From the NCBI RefSeq assembly GCF_000253055.1, contig NC_016070.1, forward strand, positions 1,800,001 to 1,832,000: a stretch of 32,000 nt of DNA. Direction: 5' to 3'. Under the pieces are notes generated by a model that was not told the DNA's origin, did no database searches, and worked only from the letters and a program-made list of their open reading frames with translations. The translations under genes and the position numbers were made by a program. Positions 1 through 7,901 of this stretch are shown one piece after another. Source of the stretch: Thermoproteus tenax Kra 1 (GTDB lineage Archaea; Thermoproteota; Thermoprotei; Thermoproteales; Thermoproteaceae). Position 1 is the first letter of the stretch. Every line of letters starts with the position of its first letter.

Positions 1-319
1 CCACCACAATGCCTCTCTCGTCCACTGTGGCCAAATTAGTTCTGAACGCCACATCGCCAGGTTTCAGGTCAACGCCGGCGCCCAGGGCCTCGAAGGCGCC
101 CCTTCCCGTGTAGTATTTATAGGGATCGTAGCCGAACAGAGCCAGATGCGCCGTATCGGAGCCCGGCCTTATCCCCGGCGCTATTGGATCCATCATGCCG
201 CAGGAGCCGTAGGAGGCCAAGCTATCTATCACCGGCTTAAGGGCGGCGAAAAACGGCGTCGTGCCCTCCCTTGGCCTATCGCCGCCGCCGTCGAACAATA
301 TCCAAAGCACTGATGTCAT
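1..319 (-). CDS. apgM: Cofactor-independent 2,3-bisphosphoglycerate phosphoglycerate mutase, archaeal type (N-terminal part, truncated by window edge)
   Basis: Minus-strand translation from ATG at 319: [95 protein letters not shown]. This carries the characteristic [24 protein letters not shown] and YYTGRGxFEALGAG motifs. Not in the ORF track because it is partial. Confidence 0.9.
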   Translation of the reverse strand, partial: MTSVLWILFDGGGDRPREGTTPFFAALKPVIDSLASYGSCGMMDPIAPGIRPGSDTAHLALFGYDPYKYYTGRGAFEALGAGVDLKPGDVAFRTNLATVDERGIVV

Positions 320-397
320 AACTCGAAGAAACTTCTGGATTAAAAACAATGTTGGGACGGCCCCCTAGGAGGGCATAGCTTGAGCGCTCAGGCGCAA

Positions 398-703
398 TCA
401 AGAGGTCTCCTGCTCTATCCAGGCGAGGTACTCCCTTAGGCCCTGAGTTATGGGCACAACTATTATTTCAGGCAGCTTGTAGGGATGAATCTTTCTCACC
501 TCCTCGATCAACTCTTGGACTTTGTCGGCTTTAGTTTTAGCTATCAATAACGCCTCTTTGTCCTCCTCGACTTTTCCCTCCCAACGATATACCGACTCAA
601 CGCCCACAATGTTGACACACGCAGCCAGCCTCCTCTCGACTAGATGGCGCGCTATCTTCTTGCCCTCAGACTCTGGGGCCGTTATATACGCTACTACGAA
701 CAC
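398..703 (-). CDS. cutA: CutA family divalent cation tolerance protein
   Basis: 101-aa ORF with the CutA pattern: VxxxxxSxYRWEGKVEEDKEALLIxKT ... HPYxLPEIxxxPI. Confidence 0.93.
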   Translation of the reverse strand: MFVVAYITAPESEGKKIARHLVERRLAACVNIVGVESVYRWEGKVEEDKEALLIAKTKADKVQELIEEVRKIHPYKLPEIIVVPITQGLREYLAWIEQETS

Positions 704-709
704 AGCCCG

Positions 710-1195
710 CTATCTTGTATCTAATTTAAGTTTGCATGTGGGACATAGAAGGGAGGCGACCTTGGCTCCGAGCTCTGTCAAACCTCCGTTTCTATCCGTC
801 AGCCCCATCTCGATGAACGCCCTATGTTGGACGCGGTGACCTCTACATATGTCTACCAACGCCCTTTTCTCCTCCTCCGACAAGACATCTAGGTAGGCCC
901 TAGGGCCTTCTCTGGCCACCTCCCTGAGCAGGAGTTCGCCGGCCCTCGAGAGTTTGTAGTATATGTGGTGTTTTCTGACCTCATTGCTGAGCTTGAACCT
1001 GGCCTTGGATCGCTTGAGCGTGTGACCTCCAACCCTCTCGATGAGGCCCAGCTCCTCCAGCCGCTCTAGGGCATCTATCACTTCAGAGAGATCGACCCTT
1101 AGATTCTTCGCAATAGATTTTCCATAGTCTATATAGGCCCTCTTTAGATGGAACAAAATATCAATATATAATTTTTTACGAAGTACATCTTTCAT
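710..1195 (-). CDS. Winged-helix DNA-binding protein, DUF2250-like
   Basis: 161-aa ORF with wHTH features (LEELGLIERV, KLSRAGELLLREV), ending in a CPTC motif. Overlaps the next gene by 4 nt. Confidence 0.65.
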   Translation of the reverse strand: MKDVLRKKLYIDILFHLKRAYIDYGKSIAKNLRVDLSEVIDALERLEELGLIERVGGHTLKRSKARFKLSNEVRKHHIYYKLSRAGELLLREVAREGPRAYLDVLSEEEKRALVDICRGHRVQHRAFIEMGLTDRNGGLTELGAKVASLLCPTCKLKLDTR

Positions 1196-1569
1196 TTAAG
1201 AAGAATAGGTATTATAAATATAGCGAAGAATAAATTGAATAATACAATTGAAGTTATTGCCACATATATATAGTTTTTCTCCTTGATAAACTGTATCAAT
1301 CCCATGGCAACTCTCACAATAGGAGTTGCGATGAGGACTATTAGGCCCAACATCATTATGTCGACACCGTTAAGTCTCGTGATACCTGCAAAAACCGCGG
1401 AAGGCTGTATCCTCGAGGAGTTTAGGAGGGAATGTGGGGTTGACAACTGGCTTAGCGCATCTGAGTTAGAGGGATTTGCGAATAAGACCACAAGACCTGC
1501 GATCACTAGCGCTATGCTCACCAATACTCCTATGCGCAGTGTATATCCTATGATATCCTCTAGCTCCAT
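1192..1569 (-). CDS. DUF1634-like small membrane protein
   Basis: 125 aa with three hydrophobic segments, immediately upstream of and overlapping neighbours in the TauE/SafE operon. DUF1634 commonly pairs with TauE. Confidence 0.65.
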   Translation of the reverse strand: MELEDIIGYTLRIGVLVSIALVIAGLVVLFANPSNSDALSQLSTPHSLLNSSRIQPSAVFAGITRLNGVDIMMLGLIVLIATPIVRVAMGLIQFIKEKNYIYVAITSIVLFNLFFAIFIIPILLK

Positions 1570-2420
1570 ATCCCTAGGCCCCGTAATATCATTTGGATCC
1601 CTAGAATCGCAAGTATGGCCATGAAGATATAGCGTATGGTCACGTTCCTCAGCTTTATCAACACTCTAGCCCCTATGAAGGAGCCCGCCAGAACTCCGAT
1701 AGCTGTGACCGAGGCGAAGAGCGGCTGGATATATCCGAAGAACCAGTAGATCGAGCTGCCCGTGGCGGCAGTCACGCCGATCATAAAGTTGCTCGTCGTC
1801 GTCGAGACCTTGATCGGGAGATTCATGGCCCAGTCCATACCCAGCACCTTGAGGGCCCCGCTGCCTATCCCCAGAAGACCTGATATGAGCCCGGCGACGA
1901 ACATTATGGATTCGCCGAGCCACCAACGTACTCCGTGGTACTCGACCTCGCGCCCCAATACGGGGTCGTAGTATTTGCCATAGAGCTGGAGCCACTTGCT
2001 CCATCTGTCCGGCGGCTTGGGCTCGGGCAGCTCAAACTTAGATCTAGTTATCTGAGTATATATGGAGGACAGCAGCACTATGCCGAACACTACATATATT
2101 ATGCGTTGAAGTCCGTGGGCATAAACCCACGCGGCCAACAATGAACCTATTATCGATCCCGCCGTCGTCGCTATCTCGAGCGACATGCCTATTCTGACGT
2201 TGGCTACCCTATCTCTCACATATGCCGAGCCGGCGCCGCTCGACGTGGCTATTGTGGCTATCAAGCTGGCCCCCGCTGCGTACTGTATTGGTATCCCCAG
2301 AAATAACACATAGATAGGGACAAGAAATGTGGCGCCGCCGAGACCTGTCAGCGATCCCATAAAACCAGAGGCTATGCTTGAAAGAACCATGGCCGCTATA
2401 AGAAGGATCACATCAAGCAT
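1560..2420 (-). CDS. TauE/SafE family sulfite exporter-like permease
   Basis: Polytopic 286-aa protein with SGFMGSLTGLGGATFLVPIYVLFLGIP and AGLISGLLGIGSGALKV repeats typical of TauE/SafE. Confidence 0.88.
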   Translation of the reverse strand: MLDVILLIAAMVLSSIASGFMGSLTGLGGATFLVPIYVLFLGIPIQYAAGASLIATIATSSGAGSAYVRDRVANVRIGMSLEIATTAGSIIGSLLAAWVYAHGLQRIIYVVFGIVLLSSIYTQITRSKFELPEPKPPDRWSKWLQLYGKYYDPVLGREVEYHGVRWWLGESIMFVAGLISGLLGIGSGALKVLGMDWAMNLPIKVSTTTSNFMIGVTAATGSSIYWFFGYIQPLFASVTAIGVLAGSFIGARVLIKLRNVTIRYIFMAILAILGIQMILRGLGIWS

Positions 2421-2480
2421 GACTAGCTAAACAACTTGTATTAAAAAGATAAATCTATTTAATGGAGACGCGATTCTATA

Positions 2481-3317
2481 GTGACTCGGGGGGAGGAGAT
2501 CTACGAAGTCGGCGTGAAGCTAATCGAGGAGACGCTCCCCAGATACGATAGGGTAGCGAAGGCGTGGGAGATTTTGACGTCGGACGAAGAGATCGAGGCT
2601 TACCTACATATGGCGAACGTTTTCACAGTCAACAGACTACACTACAACGACCACGGACCCGTCCACTCGAGGATAGTTGCCGGTAGTGCCATGGCCATAT
2701 ACAGCATACTCTACCGCCGCGGTTTTCAGCCGAGCATCATAAGAGACGGCGTCGGCGATCTAGAGGACTCGCTAATTGTGACTCTAGTCGGCGCCTATCT
2801 ACACGATATAGGTAACAGCGTGCACAGGACACATCATCCCCTCTATTCCGCATATATAGCGGACAAGGTTGTTATGAAGATCCTTGAGCCCATATATGGG
2901 CTGACTAAAAAGGCCTTCATGTTGAAGCAGGAGATAATGCACGTGACGTTCTGCCACGATGAGGCCTACAACTGTCTGACGTTCGAGGGCGCCGTAGCCA
3001 AGATAGCCGACGGGACCGACATGGCCGAGGGAAGGGCAAGGATGCCGTACGAGATAGGCAAGAATGACATACACGCTCTATCAGCCTTAGCCATAAGGAA
3101 GGTCTATCTGGGGCCGGGGGACAACAAGCCGCTCGTGATATACGTCCACATGGACTCAGAGACAGGTATATTCCAAGTGGACGAGGTACTGGGCAAGAAG
3201 ATAGCGACATCGGGCCTTGCTCCCTTCGTGGAAGTCAAGACGTTCGTGCAGGGGAGGCCGTGGGTAGTGCGCACTTTCGAGACCACGCACGTGATACGAG
3301 GGCTTAATCAAGTTTGA
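2481..3317 (+). CDS. HD-domain metal-dependent phosphohydrolase
   Basis: 278 aa with the HD signature: NDHGPVHSRIV ... LVGAYLHDIGNSVHRTHHP ... KIADGTDMAEGRAR. GTG start downstream of an AT-rich TATA-like stretch. Confidence 0.82.
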   Translation: MTRGEEIYEVGVKLIEETLPRYDRVAKAWEILTSDEEIEAYLHMANVFTVNRLHYNDHGPVHSRIVAGSAMAIYSILYRRGFQPSIIRDGVGDLEDSLIVTLVGAYLHDIGNSVHRTHHPLYSAYIADKVVMKILEPIYGLTKKAFMLKQEIMHVTFCHDEAYNCLTFEGAVAKIADGTDMAEGRARMPYEIGKNDIHALSALAIRKVYLGPGDNKPLVIYVHMDSETGIFQVDEVLGKKIATSGLAPFVEVKTFVQGRPWVVRTFETTHVIRGLNQV

Positions 3318-4266
3318 CAATTCTCGATGCCCTCTCGAGATCTGATCTGATAACTTCAACGAACGCCTTAGCCTTAAGGCATGGGGGCGAGCCCTCGAGT
3401 ATTGGTATTATCTTAAGAATGAACTCGTACTCGCCTTCCGCCGCTGCGCTGTCAAGACTCTTGGAGACATCCCGGAGCTTAGAGATAGAGGTCCCCTCCA
3501 CGGGCTCCGACAAGACGATGAGACCTACCAACTTGCCCGTCTCTCTTACGAGCACATGGAAGATCTTGTCGCCGGCCCTTACGTAGGCTAGATGCATCGG
3601 CAAGAGGGCTATGTCGAGCCTCTCGAAGAGGTCTATCACGCTGTACAATGTCCTCTCTATCAGCGCATTGTAGCAGGAAGGCAACCCGTTTTTGTCTATA
3701 CACGAGAAGTTACAAGGCGTGCACGGAGGATGTATCACTCTCACGAACTCGCCTGTGTATTTCACTTCATCGGCCCTCAGAGTCTTCCCGTAGCTCCTCA
3801 GAGTCGTCTCAACCACCTCGCCCAATTTGTCGCACGACTCGCCGAGTTTCTCTATGATCTCTCTTATGATGCAGTTGCGGAGAGATATCTCTCGGAGCAC
3901 CGCTGCGGCCTCGGACCTCCTGCCCGAGTAGAGGAGCCTGCCGACCTCCAGCGCTTGTTTCGAGAAGACTCCGCCCGAGGAAAGGCCTAGGGCGCTCAAC
4001 GTCGGCGTTATAGTTCTGGTCAAACTTTTGTTGAGCCCTCTCTCCTCAAGATATCTCCCCACTACGGAGGCCACATCAACATCGCCCCTAAGGTAAGAGG
4101 TGTAGGCCGCCGAAAGTATCTCTAGGAGCCTCTCGGGCGGAACTCTGATGTACCACGAGTTATATATACATCCGTCCTCGAGAGCGCCTCTAAGCTCTGA
4201 GCACAGCTTCTCCAGATCGGCAACGCTCTTGACCTCATACAGCTTGTCCCCCACCTTGATCTGCAC
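3304..4266 (-). CDS. Hypothetical protein with a four-Cys cluster (CTPCNFSCIDKNGLPSC)
   Basis: 320-aa uninterrupted ORF. 3' end overlaps the HD gene convergently. Confidence 0.7.
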   Translation of the reverse strand: MQIKVGDKLYEVKSVADLEKLCSELRGALEDGCIYNSWYIRVPPERLLEILSAAYTSYLRGDVDVASVVGRYLEERGLNKSLTRTITPTLSALGLSSGGVFSKQALEVGRLLYSGRRSEAAAVLREISLRNCIIREIIEKLGESCDKLGEVVETTLRSYGKTLRADEVKYTGEFVRVIHPPCTPCNFSCIDKNGLPSCYNALIERTLYSVIDLFERLDIALLPMHLAYVRAGDKIFHVLVRETGKLVGLIVLSEPVEGTSISKLRDVSKSLDSAAAEGEYEFILKIIPILEGSPPCLKAKAFVEVIRSDLERASRIVKLD

Positions 4267-4367
4267 GACATAGGAACATCGACTAAATTATAAAGCGTGA
4301 CGCAGGCAGGAGAATATATGGGTAAAACCTGGCGCCATCTAAATAAACCGGCTCTCACAACTCTGAG

Positions 4368-4745
4368 GTGCAAGCTCTCCTGGAGGAGGCCGTGGACGTC
4401 ATCATAAGCGGAGATAGAGAGCGGGCCAGAGAGCTCCTTGGGAAGATCCACAGAGAGAAGACGTTTATCCTCGCCGACTATTACCTGGGGGCCGATGTTA
4501 TGAGGGATGTCGCCCGATATCATGCAGTCCATATCGCAATTATGTCGCTGTTCCCGCAGAGTAAGAGCGGAGGGGGGCTGACGGGCTTGGATCTATCGCT
4601 TTCGTCGGCCTTCGCGCAAGCCCTCAGCACGTGCGGCCGTCTGGAGAGTGGCGTAGATGCCCCGCCCGAGTTAGCCAGTTTCTTTAAAGAGGTGGCCGAC
4701 TCACTCAACGAACTTGTACGGATCATATGCTTGAGGAGGAGGTAA
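4368..4745 (+). CDS. Hypothetical helical protein
   Basis: 125-aa ORF with GTG start at 4368. TATA-like CTAAATAAA lies at about 4339-4347, the right distance for leaderless transcription. Confidence 0.6.
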   Translation: MQALLEEAVDVIISGDRERARELLGKIHREKTFILADYYLGADVMRDVARYHAVHIAIMSLFPQSKSGGGLTGLDLSLSSAFAQALSTCGRLESGVDAPPELASFFKEVADSLNELVRIICLRRR

Positions 4746-4897
4746 AAAGGGCGGTGGAACTGGCCAAGCGGAGCGGGAGGAGGGGGTGGGTGTTAGTAAA
4801 ATTGCCCAACGAGTTGATAGGCGCCTTCCAGAGCCCCTCGGAGGCAAAGAGAGCCGCCAGAGAGCCGGGCGTGTACGTGTTGGTGGACAACACCTAA
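4727..4897 (+). CDS. Small hypothetical protein (56 aa), not in supplied ORF track
   Basis: ATG 4727 to TAA 4897: MLEEEVKRAVELAKRSGRRGWVLVKLPNELIGAFQSPSEAKRAAREPGVYVLVDNT. Overlaps the 3' end of 4368..4745 by 19 nt and fills the gap to the next promoter. Confidence 0.5.
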   Translation: MLEEEVKRAVELAKRSGRRGWVLVKLPNELIGAFQSPSEAKRAAREPGVYVLVDNT

Positions 4898-4926
4898 CGC
4901 TTTTAAATTGAGGCGTCCGACAACGC

Positions 4927-5796
4927 ATGCTCTTGATAGAGGACGTCGACAGCTTGGTGGATCCCGCAAAACTCGTTGAGGACATAGCTGTGGCGCTTAA
5001 GGCGGAGAGGGTTGTTCTGCCGAGGAGGGCGCTCCAAGTCTCGGGCCTCTGGTTTGCTCCAATGGCTGCTTACGTGCGCGGTATGGGCCTCGGTGCCAAG
5101 TTGGTCGGAATATTCCCCAGGGGGAGTCCGCCCGTGAGGGCACTCTCTGTGCTTTTCGATGCGGAGACCGGCGAGATTCTGGCCGCCGCCGACGGGACCA
5201 AGCTCACAGGCTGGAGGACGGCAGCAGCTAGCGCCCTCGCCGCCAGACTCCTAGGCGTCACAGAAGGCGCTATTGTGGGCATTATAGGCGCCGGCGTACA
5301 AGCCGAGTACCACGCGCGCGTCTTCAGAGCACTCTTCAAGCCGAGCAAGATATTTATCTACAGCAGGAGGAGAGCCGCCGAATTAGCCGGCAGACTGGGC
5401 CTCGTGCAAGCCCCTCTCGAAGCCGTCATGACGGCTGAAGTCATCATCGCCGCCACGAACAGCCAAGAGCCGGTAATCAAAGGGGCCCTCCTGAGGCGGG
5501 ATGCAGTCGTGATATCGGTGGGCGCGCCGAGACCCGTAAGAGAGTTGGACGAAGATACGAAAAGGAGAGCTTCGTGTGCCTTGATAGACAGCCCCGAGGC
5601 CGCTGAGGAGACGGACGATGTGGCGGGCCTCAAGACGACGACTCTTGAGAGCGCGTTGAGCGGGGCCGAGATATGCCGCGGCGAAATTAAGCTCTACAAA
5701 TCGGTGGGCTACGCGCCCTTCGATGTGGCAGCTATATACCACGTCTATAGGCGGGCGTTAGAGCTCGGCAGAGGCCGCTCTGCTCATTTAGGCTAG
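4927..5796 (+). CDS. Ornithine cyclodeaminase / alanine dehydrogenase (mu-crystallin) family protein
   Basis: 289 aa with LxxGxxFxPMAAYVxG, LFDAETGExLAxxDGTxLTxxRTAAASALAAxxL and VGIIGAGVQAEYHARVF. TATA-like CTTTTAAAT upstream at about 4899-4907. Confidence 0.9.
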   Translation: MLLIEDVDSLVDPAKLVEDIAVALKAERVVLPRRALQVSGLWFAPMAAYVRGMGLGAKLVGIFPRGSPPVRALSVLFDAETGEILAAADGTKLTGWRTAAASALAARLLGVTEGAIVGIIGAGVQAEYHARVFRALFKPSKIFIYSRRRAAELAGRLGLVQAPLEAVMTAEVIIAATNSQEPVIKGALLRRDAVVISVGAPRPVRELDEDTKRRASCALIDSPEAAEETDDVAGLKTTTLESALSGAEICRGEIKLYKSVGYAPFDVAAIYHVYRRALELGRGRSAHLG

Positions 5797-5878
5797 TCAG
5801 CTCGTCTCTTCCTGAGTCTCACCTATCGATCCATCGACCCGCTCATCACCATTTAGATATATGTCACTATGACCCCCT

Positions 5879-5895
5879 CCCCGCCTTATGCGGGG
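5879..5895. repeat. Hairpin A: CCCCGC-CTTAT-GCGGGG
   Basis: 6-bp perfect GC stem (5879-5884 / 5890-5895) preceded by ATGACCCCCT on the + strand. Confidence 0.75.
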
Positions 5896-5899
5896 GCCG

Positions 5900-6005
5900 C
5901 ACCGTGGGGGCCTCGGCCGTTGCCCGGGGTTAGTGGGCCGCGGCGGGTGTCCCCCGCCGGGGCCATCTTACACGCAGGCCGACCCGCCGTATGGCGCGCA
6001 CCGCT
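5900..6005. ncRNA. Candidate structured RNA segment (strand uncertain, minus favoured)
   Basis: Near-continuous G+C tract. Strong hairpin GGCC-g-CGGCGGG-TGTCC-CCCGCCG-g-GGCC at 5936-5964. A TATA-like GGCTTAAATAG (minus strand, about 6003-6013) lies just upstream in the minus orientation. Confidence 0.3.
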
Positions 6006-6065
6006 ATTTAAGCCTTCCTCCGCCCTCTTCACTGCTCTGCCATGAAAAATATAGATTAAATCCAT

Positions 6066-6097
6066 CCCCGCTTGAAGGGCGGGGCTTTCTGTTGTAA
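6066..6097. repeat. Hairpin B with conserved tail: CCCCGC...GCGGGG-CTTTCTGTTGTAA
   Basis: 6-bp GC stem followed by GCTTTCTGTTGTAA, nearly identical to the tail at 31846-31859 (GCTTTCTATTGTAA). Confidence 0.7.
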
Positions 6098-6224
6098 ATA
6101 TCCTTTAGCTCCTGTTAACGATATATTTTCGATATATACAAATATATATAATATTATTTATTTAGAGCGATAGAGCCCTCTGAAGCTCCTTAAGTTTTTA
6201 AATGTGCTTCGACATATAATACCA

Positions 6225-7856
6225 ATGCCGTGGGAGATCGTCCTCACGGCAGACAGAGGCTCCTTCACAGACTACGGCGGCTCTACCTCGCTCGGCTATA
6301 TTGCCGATATGCCGGCCCGCCTCGTGCCCCGCCTCTTTATGGATAAGTTTTTCACCCCTCCGATATCCACCGATAGAGACGGCAGAGCCATCTATGCGCC
6401 CTACGCCCTAAGGAAAGTCGAGGCCATCCTGGCGTCCTCAGGCTACACGGACGTCGCTGTAGTGCCGCCGGAGCGGCTGAGAAAGGCGGTGGGCCCGAAG
6501 ACAAAGGTTGTGGGCATAAGCGTACATGACCCCTATGGTCTCTCGCCCGTGGGCACCTTCTTGACTACGATTCTGGGCGGAGGGGAGACGTGGACGGCGC
6601 GCTTCTTTAGAGAGTTAGGCGAGACTATAGAACAGCTCAAACGTAAATACAACGTCAAGGTGATAACGGGCGGCCCCGGCGTTGAGCAGCTCTTGAGGGC
6701 CGGCAAGCCGAGCTGGATCGATGTATTGTTCATAGACGATGTGGAGATCACTCTCCCCAAATGGTTGCCCAAGATAATGGCCGGCGAGGAGGTGCCGCCA
6801 GTGATAAGGCCGTCGGTGGGCGAGTATCCAGCCGCTGAGGATATACCTGCCATATTGAACCCCGCAAGGTTGGGCGAAGTCCAGATAACGCGCGGGTGCC
6901 CGAGGGGGTGCCAGTTCTGTTCTGTGACTCCTGTGACGTTCCGCTCCATACCCATTGAAACTATCGTTAAAGAGGTAGAGGTGAACTTGAGGGCCGGCTG
7001 GACTCAAGTCGATCTAATAACTGACGACTTGTTGTTATACGGCACCTCGGCGTACGGGCCCGACAGGCTCAAGGTCAACCACAACGCTATAGTCAGACTA
7101 TATCAGGCCATAAGGTCCGTCGAAGTTGGCAGAAGGAGGGTTAAGCATATATTCTTCAGCCACGTCTCCGCCGCTCCGGTCGTGGAGTCTCCAAAGACGG
7201 TGAAAGCTGTGGCGGAGCTCGGCGGCTTGGGGCCAGACAAGGGAGTCACGCCGGTGATAGGGCTGGAGACAGGCAGCGTGAGGATTCTGAACAAGTATAT
7301 GAGGAATAAGGCGTATCCTTTCCCGCCGGAGAGATGGCACGACGTAGTGCTAGAGTCGGCTATCATACTCAACGAGAACTACATCTATCCTGCCTATACG
7401 ATGACGATAGGCTATCCCGATGAGACTGAGGACGATCTGAGGCAGAGCGAGGAAGTCGTGGAGAAGATAATAGACCACGATCTAGTCGCGTGGATATTCC
7501 CCCTCCCAGTGATACCCATGTACACCTCCGCCTTGAGGGGCCTCAGACACCCCACGCTTGAGGCATTGCCTGAGGGCTTCTGGGATCTGCTCTACATCAG
7601 CTGGAGACATAACCTTAAAATCACTAGGAGGTTGGCGCCAGTACTTCTTCAGAACTCTAAAAACAAAATCGTGAGCAAGATCGTGCACTATATGATAGAC
7701 AGAGTGTTCAACTCCATAGAGTGGTACTTCAGACAGCTCAAAGAGACTATGGGCCGATCCTCGCTTCAATTCTCCACGTTGAATTTAGACAGCGCGTTGG
7801 GAGTTCTGAGATCCATCCTCTGGCTAACGAGGATCTCGTTTGGCCTAAAGAGCTAG
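6225..7856 (+). CDS. Radical SAM protein with N-terminal B12-binding-like region
   Basis: Radical SAM motif GCPRGCQFCSV; VITGGPGVEQLL and DVLFIDDVE before it. The ORF track begins at 6204. ATG 6225 fits a TATA-like TTTTTAAA at 6196-6203. Confidence 0.88.
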   Translation: MPWEIVLTADRGSFTDYGGSTSLGYIADMPARLVPRLFMDKFFTPPISTDRDGRAIYAPYALRKVEAILASSGYTDVAVVPPERLRKAVGPKTKVVGISVHDPYGLSPVGTFLTTILGGGETWTARFFRELGETIEQLKRKYNVKVITGGPGVEQLLRAGKPSWIDVLFIDDVEITLPKWLPKIMAGEEVPPVIRPSVGEYPAAEDIPAILNPARLGEVQITRGCPRGCQFCSVTPVTFRSIPIETIVKEVEVNLRAGWTQVDLITDDLLLYGTSAYGPDRLKVNHNAIVRLYQAIRSVEVGRRRVKHIFFSHVSAAPVVESPKTVKAVAELGGLGPDKGVTPVIGLETGSVRILNKYMRNKAYPFPPERWHDVVLESAIILNENYIYPAYTMTIGYPDETEDDLRQSEEVVEKIIDHDLVAWIFPLPVIPMYTSALRGLRHPTLEALPEGFWDLLYISWRHNLKITRRLAPVLLQNSKNKIVSKIVHYMIDRVFNSIEWYFRQLKETMGRSSLQFSTLNLDSALGVLRSILWLTRISFGLKS

Positions 7857-7901
7857 GCTTTAACGCAACTACAGCTTATTTTTATCAAGTCAGTAGATAT
7901 C

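Larger units (their letters stand above)
5866..6097 (-). mobile_element. Candidate non-autonomous or decayed IS200/IS605-type (TnpB-associated) remnant: two related palindromes flanking an extremely GC-rich structured segment
   Basis: Minus-strand palindromes GAAAGCCCCGCCCTTCAAGCGGGGATGG (about 6062-6089) and GGCCCCCGCATAAGGCGGGGAGGGGGTCAT (about 5869-5898). Related sequences occur at about 17848-17891 and 31817-31859. No transposase between them. Confidence 0.4.

Noticed and set aside
5862-6005. Possible SRP (7S) RNA or RNase P RNA
   Set aside because: The GC island is too short for archaeal SRP RNA and lacks the helix-8 GGAAGG/AGCAG signature. RNase P CR-I/CR-IV/CR-V could not be aligned. 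GGAGGAAGG upstream on the minus strand looked like CR-I, but it lies just before the TATA-like site, and no partner motif follows.
5888-6097. 69-aa plus-strand ORF MRGPHRGGLGRCPG...
   Set aside because: Translation of hairpins in a GC-rich structured segment. Composition is dictated by the repeats, with no sign of coding.
6533-7007. Antisense ORFs 6533..6955 and 6615..7007
   Set aside because: They lie opposite the radical SAM domain, with no protein-like features.
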